Shown: positions 19,590 through 27,630, counted from the first letter of the stretch. The stretch is DNA of 64,000 bases from an uncultured Candidatus Saccharibacteria bacterium (GCA_964633865.1 CAZWIJ010000002.1:628-64627); one strand, 5' to 3'. The notes: a model not told the origin generated them from the sequence alone. A program made the numbers and translations.

Positions 19590-20345
19590 TTATTTTATTT
19601 TTTTCTTGATTCTAAAATAAATAAATACTCCCAAACCAATTATTAATAATACTATTCCTAAAATTAAAGGCCAGATAGGAGGATTTTTCTGATTTGTTTC
19701 AATTGAGTCATTATCTTGACTATTATCAGAACCAGAAATTCTAGTCAATGTAACTATTCCTTGATCATCTTTAATAAATCCATTTCCCTGATTTAACTTT
19801 TCTTGAGTTTGATCAGAATACACAATTGGCTCACCTGTATAATTAATACAATCTGGATTACACATAGAATCTTCATTTAGCTCGAATTCACAAATTAGAT
19901 TCTGATTGCAAGTAGAAAAATCTCCTACATCCAATGATAGAATATTTGTTTGAGTTTCTACTGACTTTATAGATAATTCCTGAACCCAATTAAGATAAGG
20001 GATTATAATTTCAAAAGATCCAACTTTTGGGTTAAACCCAAAATTATGTTTGTAAGTACCATCATTACCAATAAAATCTATATAAAACTTATATTTACTT
20101 GATTCATTTTCCCAATCCTTGTCACCTTCTACTCCTCTTGAAATCATACCTTGATAAGTATCTTCATCACTAATTTTAGAATTAAAAACTATATTAGGAT
20201 TAATACTTTTATCCAAACTTAGAATATTATTTGGCTCATCATAATATAAATATATTTTATAACCTTCAGCCCTAACAAAACTTGGAATCAAAAAACATAA
20301 TATTATAATGAAATTTAATAGATATTTTTTTAAAAAAGTATGCAT
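19590..20345 (-). CDS. Secreted Cys-rich protein with conserved C-terminal TM anchor (paralog of 17695-18444)
   Basis: CNQNLICEFELNEDSMCNPDC. C-terminus PIWPLILGIVLLIIGLGVFIYFRIKKKIK. Confidence 0.5.
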   Translation of the reverse strand: MHTFLKKYLLNFIIILCFLIPSFVRAEGYKIYLYYDEPNNILSLDKSINPNIVFNSKISDEDTYQGMISRGVEGDKDWENESSKYKFYIDFIGNDGTYKHNFGFNPKVGSFEIIIPYLNWVQELSIKSVETQTNILSLDVGDFSTCNQNLICEFELNEDSMCNPDCINYTGEPIVYSDQTQEKLNQGNGFIKDDQGIVTLTRISGSDNSQDNDSIETNQKNPPIWPLILGIVLLIIGLGVFIYFRIKKKIK

Positions 20346-20351
20346 AATTTT

Positions 20352-21221
20352 TTACTTTAAAATTTCCAATTTGACTTCTCCTGTACCATCAGCTTTCATA
20401 CCAATAGATTCTGCTGAACCTTGCGATAAATCTATAATTCTAGCATAATTACCAGCACCATCTTTAGTAAATGGACCTCTATCATTAATTCTAACTTCTA
20501 CAGATTTTCCAGTTTTTATATAAGTAACTTTTATTTTAGTTCCAAAAGGTAAACTTCTATGAGCTGCTGTCATTGCATTCTGATCAAAAGTCTCGCCATT
20601 AGCAGTTTTCCTCCCATGAAATCCTGGACCATAATAAGATGCTACTCCTTTTATTGTAGAAACCACTTCTCCGGAATCTGCCGTACTACTTCCTGTTCTT
20701 GCTGTAACACTTTCGCCCACTACACTTGTACCACCACCAACTAAATTCACCTCTCTTTCTAAGAAATATGAAGTACTATCACATTTCACTCTAAACAAGC
20801 TAAAATCTTCTCCTTTTTGCTCAAATTGTAATGCATCAGATTCTTCCCCACCTCCTCCAAATCCTATATTACTTACCTGAAATCCTAACCCTACTAATAT
20901 AAAATTAAACATTATGAATGCGGATAATGTTAATACTATTCCTAGTATTGCATTCTTAATTATGTCTACTCCTTGCTTATATTTACCTTGATCTCCTGAG
21001 GAGATTACCATATAAAATCCTCCTATTACTATACTTATTACTGCCATTACTCCTAATAATTGAAATAAAAAATTCATTATATCTCTTACTAATATAAACA
21101 TATCACATACTGTACAATCTCTTCCTACCCCACATTTTACCAATCCTCCTTCTGCTCCATACATTATATTGGGGAGCCAAATTAAACTTATTCCTATTAT
21201 TTTTTGTAAATACTTTTTCAT
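20352..21221 (-). CDS. Fusion: signal peptide + VirB2/TrbC-like two-TM hairpin + RlpA-type double-psi beta-barrel (DPBB) domain
   Basis: N-terminal ~150 aa nearly identical to 18441-19586. C-terminal ASYYGPGFHGRKTANGETFD...MTAAHRSLPFGTKIKVT...VEVRINDRGPF matches RlpA/DPBB_1. Confidence 0.6.
   Translation of the reverse strand: MKKYLQKIIGISLIWLPNIMYGAEGGLVKCGVGRDCTVCDMFILVRDIMNFLFQLLGVMAVISIVIGGFYMVISSGDQGKYKQGVDIIKNAILGIVLTLSAFIMFNFILVGLGFQVSNIGFGGGGEESDALQFEQKGEDFSLFRVKCDSTSYFLEREVNLVGGGTSVVGESVTARTGSSTADSGEVVSTIKGVASYYGPGFHGRKTANGETFDQNAMTAAHRSLPFGTKIKVTYIKTGKSVEVRINDRGPFTKDGAGNYARIIDLSQGSAESIGMKADGTGEVKLEILK
20748..21190. repeat. ~440-bp near-identical direct repeat, copy 2
   Basis: See copy 1. 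Confidence 0.8.
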
Positions 21222-21225
21222 ATTT

Positions 21226-22449
21226 TTAATGATGATGAGTATGAGAAATTTCTCCTTTTTTATTCTTCTTTAATTTTATTTTAGGGTGGGTATATACTTT
21301 TGCTGAAATAAAAGTAGTAATCGGCACTGCTAGCACTATTGCGAAACTACCTGCCATTGTCCTGATAATCTCTTGAGAAATATATTCTGAATTAAGGATA
21401 ACCCAAAGAGGATCATTTCTTTCATTTACATATAAAGTAAGAAATAAAGGAAGAGAAGCACCAACATAAGCCAAAGCAAGAGTATTAATCAAAGAAGCAA
21501 TATGTTCTCTACCAATAGAAACTCCTGCTAGATAAAGTTGTTTGAACTTAATCTTAGGATTAGCTCTTTTTATCTCATCTAAAGCTGAAGATTGAGCTAT
21601 AGTTACATCATCTAAAACCCCAAGCATACCGATCATTATTCCAGCAAGATATAGACCTTTTAGATCTATCGTAACATTATTTAGATCTTGAATTAAATAT
21701 TGAGTATAAAATGCTCCTTCTTCACCAGCCCCAAACATCAAAGAAATATTAGCAAAAAACCAAGATACAAAATATGAAAAAATAAAGGTTATCATCAAAC
21801 TAATAAAAGCTATTGTAGTTCTTAATCTAAATCCATGAGCCATAAACAAACTAATCGATGCTATAAATAAAGTACCTATTAGGGTCACTATTAAAGGATC
21901 TTGTCCTTTAATAATAGCTGGTAGTATATAACTCATTAAAACTAAAATACTCAAAAATAAACCTATAATTGAACCCAAACCTTTTAGTTTAGTCACAATC
22001 ATAGCAAATAAAAAGAAGATTCCAGTAACCATTAAAATACCATTTATTCTATCCCTATCATAAACAGAATAAGTTATTTCATTAGAATATTTATTTTCTG
22101 AGACAATTAATCTATCACCTTCTCTGTAAGTTTGACTTTTATCAAGATTTATAGAATTTGAACCCAAAACTTCAATCTGATCACCTTTTCTATCTCCATT
22201 TAAAATTTCAACCCTCAAATCTTGCTTTTTATAAAGAGTCCCATTAATTTCTTCTTCTATAGATTTAACCTCAATTACTTTAGCTTTTATAAATTTAGTT
22301 TCTGGAAAAGTATTTTCTTCCATAGATTCAACTTGGATATTAGGGATATCTTCTATATCTTCTATTATCTCTGTAGCAAAAACAAAATTAGAACTAATAC
22401 TTAGTAAAATTATTCCAAATATAATTATTATATTTTTTTTCATAAACAA
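21226..22449 (-). CDS. YibE/F-like polytopic membrane protein (N-terminal extracytoplasmic domain + multiple TM helices)
   Basis: Signal peptide, ~130 aa soluble domain, then at least 7 TM helices, then a His-rich C-terminus. Architecture fits YibE/F. Confidence 0.4.
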   Translation of the reverse strand: MFMKKNIIIIFGIILLSISSNFVFATEIIEDIEDIPNIQVESMEENTFPETKFIKAKVIEVKSIEEEINGTLYKKQDLRVEILNGDRKGDQIEVLGSNSINLDKSQTYREGDRLIVSENKYSNEITYSVYDRDRINGILMVTGIFFLFAMIVTKLKGLGSIIGLFLSILVLMSYILPAIIKGQDPLIVTLIGTLFIASISLFMAHGFRLRTTIAFISLMITFIFSYFVSWFFANISLMFGAGEEGAFYTQYLIQDLNNVTIDLKGLYLAGIMIGMLGVLDDVTIAQSSALDEIKRANPKIKFKQLYLAGVSIGREHIASLINTLALAYVGASLPLFLTLYVNERNDPLWVILNSEYISQEIIRTMAGSFAIVLAVPITTFISAKVYTHPKIKLKKNKKGEISHTHHH

Positions 22450-22524
22450 AAGTCTTATTTTAACCAGAATTCTAATTTAAATCTTTAATTAATTCTAACA
22501 TTTTTTATACTGAATGACAAATTT

Positions 22525-23838
22525 TTACTTTATCAAATCCTTATTTAAATATTTTTGTAAAATTTTTGGAACTCTAATATAACCTTCTTTTGTCTGATAA
22601 TTTTCCATAATAGCAATCAAAATTCTACCAATTGCAAAGACAGTAGCATCATTCATATGAGCAAATTCTCTATTTCCACTTTTATCTAAATATTGAGTTT
22701 TAAGCCTCCTTGACTGAAAATCTCCCATATAATCAGAAGTATGAGTTTCTCTATATTGATTTTGGCCAGGCATCCAAGTCTCTATATCAAGAGCTCTTAT
22801 ATCTGGATTTCCCATATCTCCTGTACATTTAAGGACCATCTGATATGGTAATTCTAATTGTTGGACTAAATATTCTTGAATAGCCACAATAAAATCTTGT
22901 TCCACAAAACCATTTTCTTTGGTTGTAAATGTCTCGATTTCTATCTTATCAAATTGATGAAGCCTCAAAATTCCCTTCATATCTTTACCATATGTTCCAG
23001 CTTCTCGCCTGAATGCTGTTGAATATCCTACATATCGTATTGGATTCTCTTTTATATTAATAAGCTCATCCATATGAAGAGGTCCTAATGTATGCTCAGC
23101 ACTACCAACCAACATAAGTCCATCAATAGTAGTTTGATACCGCTCATCCATCGGATGAAGTCTACCCATTCTATCCATAACTTCTGGTCTCATTAGAACA
23201 GGGGGAATTACAGGAATAAATGGAGTATCTGATACTTCTAAATTATTTTTTTGCATAATTTCTTTTAAAATTTTTTGATTAGTCAAAGTATCGAATACCA
23301 TTTGAACAATACTAAATTGTAATCTAACTAAATCACCCACAAGATAAGCAAATCTAGAACCAGAGATAACTGCAGATTTTTGGGTATTAATCAAATTCAA
23401 TTTCTCACCCAATTCCCAATGTTCCTTTGGGTCAAAATCAAATTGAGAAATTATTCCAACTTGTCTTAAAATTTTATTCTCAGTCTCATTCTTACCTATT
23501 GGAGTGTCTTCTGAGTAAAAATTTGGTACCTTTAACATGATATCAAGATATTCTTTATCTATAATGTCCAAATCTGACTCAAGCTTGTTTAAATTTTGTT
23601 TAATATCCTTACCTTTGTTTATCAAATCTATTTTTTCATCCTGAGCCAAATCTTTAATATTCTTCATTTGATCAGCAATTTGATTCTTATTTTTTCTTAA
23701 GACTTCAACCTGATTCAATAAATTTTTTCTCTTATCATAAATAGACAATAAATCATCAATAGAAATCTTACTATTCTTATTAATCAAAACTTGCTTCATA
23801 TAAGAGGCATTATTTTTGATAAATTCTATATCCAACAT
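22525..23838 (-). CDS. serS: Seryl-tRNA synthetase
   Basis: Class II motifs FRREAGTYGKDMKGILRLHQF and GSAEHTL. N-terminal coiled coil. Probable true start is MLDIEFIKNN at 23838, since the ORF-track start at 23877 adds 13 aa. Confidence 0.9.
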   Translation of the reverse strand: MLDIEFIKNNASYMKQVLINKNSKISIDDLLSIYDKRKNLLNQVEVLRKNKNQIADQMKNIKDLAQDEKIDLINKGKDIKQNLNKLESDLDIIDKEYLDIMLKVPNFYSEDTPIGKNETENKILRQVGIISQFDFDPKEHWELGEKLNLINTQKSAVISGSRFAYLVGDLVRLQFSIVQMVFDTLTNQKILKEIMQKNNLEVSDTPFIPVIPPVLMRPEVMDRMGRLHPMDERYQTTIDGLMLVGSAEHTLGPLHMDELINIKENPIRYVGYSTAFRREAGTYGKDMKGILRLHQFDKIEIETFTTKENGFVEQDFIVAIQEYLVQQLELPYQMVLKCTGDMGNPDIRALDIETWMPGQNQYRETHTSDYMGDFQSRRLKTQYLDKSGNREFAHMNDATVFAIGRILIAIMENYQTKEGYIRVPKILQKYLNKDLIK

Positions 23839-24067
23839 ACTAAAAAATTTTAAACTTTTATGATAATATATTAACATCTTAATCAGAAATTTACAAATAA
23901 AAATTATTATGTTTAAAAAATAATAAAAGCTAATTTGGTATATTATAAGTAAAATATCAAATTAGATATATAAATACTAAATTAAATTTATTATCGAAAT
24001 TACAAAAAAATTATTTATTTTGTAATTTTCTATTTTAACTCTAACTTAATTTAAAAAAAACTTACAA

Positions 24068-24156
24068 ACCCCTACCCCCTTCAAAAAAGGTGGATAAAAA
24101 CTAAAGACTCTTAAATACACCTTTTGAAGGGGTAAAAATCTCTGATTTTTGGGGTT
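24068..24156 (+). repeat. GC-rich structured repeat element, copy A (5' flank of toxin gene)
   Basis: Shares ccccc-ttcaaaaaagg.gga and the 26-bp block aaggggtaaaaatctctgatttttgg with copy B. Contains inverted repeat cccttcaaaa...ttttgaaggg. Confidence 0.5.
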
Positions 24157-24326
24157 GTAGAATTTTAATTTAAAGTATTATTAATTTGATTTTTGGGGTT
24201 GTATTATTTGAAATTTTACCAATCTTATTTTTGGGATTTTATATTATGGCGACAGGGTGTCGCCTTTTCTTCTTTGACCAAATCCGACTTTTTAAGTATA
24301 ATATACACAAGATTAATTTATTTCTT

Positions 24327-24728
24327 ATGCAAAACTTTATTAAAAATTTCCAAGATTGGTTTTCTTTGAAACCTAAATTAGATAATAACAATCATAAACC
24401 ACCTTTTGTGTCAGAAAGAGATCTCTGGTGGTGCCATCTTGGGGAAAATATTGGAACTGAAATTAGTGGTAAATCTAATAGATACACAAGACCTGTTATT
24501 ATTTTTAAGAAACTTTCTAATTATACTTATTTAGTTATACCTACTTCTACAAAAATCAAATCTGGTTCTTGGTTTATAAATTTTGTCTATAAAAATACAA
24601 ATATGATAGCTTGTCTCAACCAAATAAGAGTTATTGACTATCGTAGAATACAAAATCAAATTGGAAAATTAGATATAAATGATTTTAAATCTATTAAAAC
24701 TGGATTTAAAAAATTATACAATTTGTAA
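24327..24728 (+). CDS. MazF/PemK-family toxin-like protein
   Basis: RPVIIFKKLSNYTYLVIPTSTK...ACLNQIRVIDYRRI matches PemK/MazF core motifs (RP.vv......vv.PlTs......dQir.vD..Rl). Start placed at the internal ATG at 24327, because a hairpin plus T-run (ggcgacagggtgtcgcc ttttcttcttt at 24249-24276) lies inside the longer called ORF. Confidence 0.6.
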   Translation: MQNFIKNFQDWFSLKPKLDNNNHKPPFVSERDLWWCHLGENIGTEISGKSNRYTRPVIIFKKLSNYTYLVIPTSTKIKSGSWFINFVYKNTNMIACLNQIRVIDYRRIQNQIGKLDINDFKSIKTGFKKLYNL

Positions 24729-24850
24729 AAAAAAGCCTCCTATCTCTAGGAGGGACGCGACTAGTGTCGAATACAAAATTATTATACCACACCCTTTCTC
24801 CCCTGTCAAATTTAAAATTTTAAAGGATTCACACTCTCTCTATCCTTTTA

Positions 24851-24992
24851 CAACCCCCGTCTCTTACGAGACACCCCCCTTCAAAAAAGGGGGATGAGAT
24901 ACAACTGCTTTAAATTCCCCTCTTGAGGGGTGGCACCGAAGGTGACGGGGTGGATTTCCGAAAAGGGGTAAAAATCTCTGATTTTTGGAGTT
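24851..24992 (+). repeat. GC-rich structured repeat element, copy B (3' flank of toxin gene), with ~60-bp internal insertion
   Basis: Same terminal blocks as copy A. Extra hairpins cccctcttgagggg, caccgaaggtg and gtctcttacgagac. Locally much higher GC than surroundings. Confidence 0.5.
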
Positions 24993-25007
24993 TTAAATAA
25001 CAAAAAA

Positions 25008-25033
25008 GACAGATGATTTCTCATCCGTCTTAA
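25008..25033 (-). terminator. Terminator of pilin-like gene 25057-25668
   Basis: 11-bp stem with 1 mismatch (aagacagatga/tcatccgtctt). On the minus strand it is followed by TTTTTTG. A related copy sits downstream of the next paralog at ~25811-25836. Confidence 0.5.
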
Positions 25034-25056
25034 TCTGAAGATTTTATTTTTTAGTA

Positions 25057-25668
25057 TTATTGGAATGATCCAGTTTGAACTCCTCCAAATACGAATGTTA
25101 AGATTGTATTGGAAGCTGTGAATGCAAAGAATAAGATAACCATACCGATAACTGCATTGGTCATTCTCTTCTGAGCTGTTTCTGTCTTTCCTGCATCTCC
25201 TCCTGCTGTTGCATATTCGAATCCAGCGATCAAGAAGATACCGAATACGATAATTCCCACAAATCCTAAGAACCAGTTAATTACTGTTGATATAGTTCCT
25301 ATCAAATCTTGTGATTGATTAAGCTCTGTGCTTACTAATACTCCAACTTGTCTTGTATTATCTCCTGTTAGATTTACACCTGTACTTCCTGAAGCACCAC
25401 CTACACATCTATTAGCAGTACATATATCAGATGCACACTCCCCATTAGTTGAACAATTCTGATTAGCTGCATATCTACATTTTCCAGCTACACCTGCTGT
25501 TGCATTCTTACATGCAGTTCCTGCTGTACACGTATTACCAGTAGGGCCTCCACAGTCTGCCCCATAATCAACAACTGCAGCATAACCATAGTTAGGAGCT
25601 ACTAATACTAGAGCGAATAGGAACATTGAAGCTATTCCTAAGCTTTTTAATAAATTAAGTTTTTTCAT
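25057..25668 (-). CDS. Secreted Cys-rich protein ending in a VirB2/TrbC-like two-TM hairpin (pilin-like family)
   Basis: Sec signal peptide. Cys-rich insert CGGPTGNTCTAGTACKNA...CSTNGECASDIC. C-terminal INWFLGFVGIIVFGIFLIAGFEYATAGGDAGKTETAQKRMTNAVIGMVILFFAF. Confidence 0.55.
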   Translation of the reverse strand: MKKLNLLKSLGIASMFLFALVLVAPNYGYAAVVDYGADCGGPTGNTCTAGTACKNATAGVAGKCRYAANQNCSTNGECASDICTANRCVGGASGSTGVNLTGDNTRQVGVLVSTELNQSQDLIGTISTVINWFLGFVGIIVFGIFLIAGFEYATAGGDAGKTETAQKRMTNAVIGMVILFFAFTASNTILTFVFGGVQTGSFQ

Positions 25669-25867
25669 ATTATATAATATTAATTATAATAAATTACAGA
25701 AAGTACTATCTTCAGTTTGTACTTCTGATTCAGATTTTATCAAATTCTTTAATTTTTGTCAATTCAATTTGACCTGTGGATAATTAAAGTTTTTGTGGAT
25801 AAGTATATAAACAAAAAAGACAGATGATTTCTCACCTATCTTTTTTTGAAGATTTTATCTTTTAGTA

Positions 25868-26290
25868 TTATTGGAATGATCCTGTCTCAACTCCTCCAAA
25901 TACGAATGATAATATTGTATTAGAAGCTGTGAATGCAAAGAATAAGATAATCATACCTATTACAGCATTTATCATTCTCTTTTGAGCTGTTTCTGTCTTT
26001 CCTGCATCCCCTCCTGCTGTTGCATATTCAAATCCAGCAAGTAAGAAAATTAAGAATACGATAATTCCCACAAATCCTAAGAACCAATTAATTACAATCG
26101 AAATTGTTCCTATCAAATCTTGAGATTGATAAAGTTCTGTACTGACAAGTACTCCAACTTGTCTTGTATTGTCTGGCTGTAAATTTACACCTGATCCATC
26201 AGCATATCCATAACTAGGAGCTCCTAATAATATAGGAAATAGGAACATTATAGTTATTCCTAAATTTTTCAATAAATTAAATTTTTTCAT
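25868..26290 (-). CDS. Pilin-like two-TM hairpin protein (short paralog lacking Cys-rich insert)
   Basis: Signal peptide and C-terminal 100 aa ~90% identical to 25057-25668. The Cys-rich segment is replaced by DGSGVNLQPD. Confidence 0.55.
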   Translation of the reverse strand: MKKFNLLKNLGITIMFLFPILLGAPSYGYADGSGVNLQPDNTRQVGVLVSTELYQSQDLIGTISIVINWFLGFVGIIVFLIFLLAGFEYATAGGDAGKTETAQKRMINAVIGMIILFFAFTASNTILSFVFGGVETGSFQ

Positions 26291-26610
26291 ATTGTATAAT
26301 ATTAATTATAATAAGGCTTATAGATGTACTATCTTCAATTTGTACTTCTATATTATATCAGTTTTTTTAATTTTTGTCAATTTTTATTAACTTACAAATA
26401 AATCTTGTATTTAATTTTTATTTAAAAATATTTATTTTATAAGGAAACGTATCTTATTTTTTTGTCAATTTAAATTAACTTATGAACAAAAAGTATTTGA
26501 GAAAGATTTGAGTAAATTTAAAAATTTTTTGATTAAAAAATAATATTTAAGTATTATTTTCTGGTTTTTGATTTACAAATTTATTTTTTTGTGTATAATA
26601 AATCATAATA

Positions 26611-26683
26611 GGGTATATAGCTCAGTCGGTAGAGCAGAGGACTCTTAATCCTTTGGTCGGTGGTTCGAACCCACCTATGCCCA
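26611..26683 (+). tRNA. tRNA-Lys (anticodon CTT), no encoded CCA
   Basis: Acceptor GGGTATA/TATGCCC (one G-U). D-arm GCTCAGTCGGTAGAGC. Anticodon stem GAGGA/TCCTT, loop CTCTTAA. T-arm GGTGGTTCGAACCCACC. Discriminator A then CAA. Confidence 0.8.
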
Positions 26684-26771
26684 CAAATATTATTTATGTT
26701 TTAAAAAATAAAAAAATAAGTACTTTGTAGAATATACTTATTATTATATTTTATAATTTTTTAGTCATTTA

Positions 26772-27104
26772 CTAAACTTGGAAAACAAACCCTATAATTG
26801 CATTTGTGAGAACAAAGGCAAAGAATAAAATTAAGGCTCCTATCACTGTATTTGTCAATATCTTTACTGAAGACTCTGCTTGTCCTTGATTTCCTCCTGC
26901 TGTTAGATACATGAATCCTGCATAAATTATTAAAATAAATACTATTATTCCTATAAAACCTAGAGTCCAATTAATAGTATTCTGAATATAATCTAAAAGA
27001 GTGCCTTGTGCTACTCCGGTAACACCTGGGTCAGGAATTGCTCCTACTGGAGGAAGTGACTCTTGACCTACAGTTGATGCTAATAATTTTATTGTATTTT
27101 CCAT
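26772..27104 (-). CDS. Pilin-like two-TM hairpin protein (110 aa)
   Basis: IQNTINWTLGFIGIIVFILIIYAGFMYLTAGGNQGQAESSVKILTNTVIGALILFFAF, the same module as the neighbours. Confidence 0.5.
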   Translation of the reverse strand: MENTIKLLASTVGQESLPPVGAIPDPGVTGVAQGTLLDYIQNTINWTLGFIGIIVFILIIYAGFMYLTAGGNQGQAESSVKILTNTVIGALILFFAFVLTNAIIGFVFQV

Positions 27105-27108
27105 ATTA

Positions 27109-27588
27109 TTATACTGCTAATACAGCACTTATTACATAATTTGTTATTAAAAAAGCTCCTATCATCAAAACTAGACCTATTGTAGCATTACTTATACTAG
27201 ATAGAGATTGTTTTGCTTTATTACTATCATCACCTGCTGTCATATAATTAAATCCACTCATCAATACTAAACCAAAAAACACAGTACCCACAAGTCCTAA
27301 TGCCCATCTTATAATTTGAGCTATATAACCTATCAGAGTACCTTCTGTTCTGATACCTGGATTAACTCCTAAAAATTCTCCAAGACCATCTTGTACTGGA
27401 GTTTCTGAGTTAGAATTTCCACCACCATCTTCTGAGGTAGTATCAACACATGTAGAAGTATCTTCGTCACAAACTTTTGGGTCAACACATGAGGGATTAC
27501 AAACAGCATAAACAGAGTTTATATTTATTCCTAAACTACATATTGATAATAAAGTCAGAGTAAAAAATATTTTTTTAGATAAGTTCAT
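27109..27588 (-). CDS. Secreted Cys-rich protein ending in pilin-like two-TM hairpin (159 aa)
   Basis: Signal peptide. CNPSCVDPKVCDEDTSTCVD. IAQIIRWALGLVGTVFFGLVLMSGFNYMTAGDDSNKAKQSLSSISNATIGLVLMIGAF. Confidence 0.5.
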   Translation of the reverse strand: MNLSKKIFFTLTLLSICSLGININSVYAVCNPSCVDPKVCDEDTSTCVDTTSEDGGGNSNSETPVQDGLGEFLGVNPGIRTEGTLIGYIAQIIRWALGLVGTVFFGLVLMSGFNYMTAGDDSNKAKQSLSSISNATIGLVLMIGAFLITNYVISAVLAV

Positions 27589-27630
27589 ATATAGATTTTT
27601 AGATTATATAAAAATTATAACATAAATAAA

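Noticed and set aside
24186-24326. N-terminal 47-codon extension of the toxin ORF as called by the six-frame track
   Set aside because: The MazF/PemK homology begins only after the internal Met at 24327. The extension is hydrophobic and junk-like and contains a strong hairpin plus T-run (24249-24276).
24679-24897. 72-aa plus-strand ORF overlapping the toxin 3' end and the GC-rich repeat
   Set aside because: Pro- and Lys-rich translation of a structured GC-rich repeat. More likely non-coding.
26291-26610. 320-bp AT-rich non-coding spacer upstream of tRNA-Lys, considered as a possible integrated-element remnant or att site
   Set aside because: No repeats, no integrase, and nothing beyond AT-rich promoter-like sequence could be seen.
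26761-26970. 69-aa ORF in an alternative frame overlapping pilin-like gene 26772-27104
   Set aside because: Same strand but a different frame, with no motif. The overlapping frame encodes the conserved pilin-like module.
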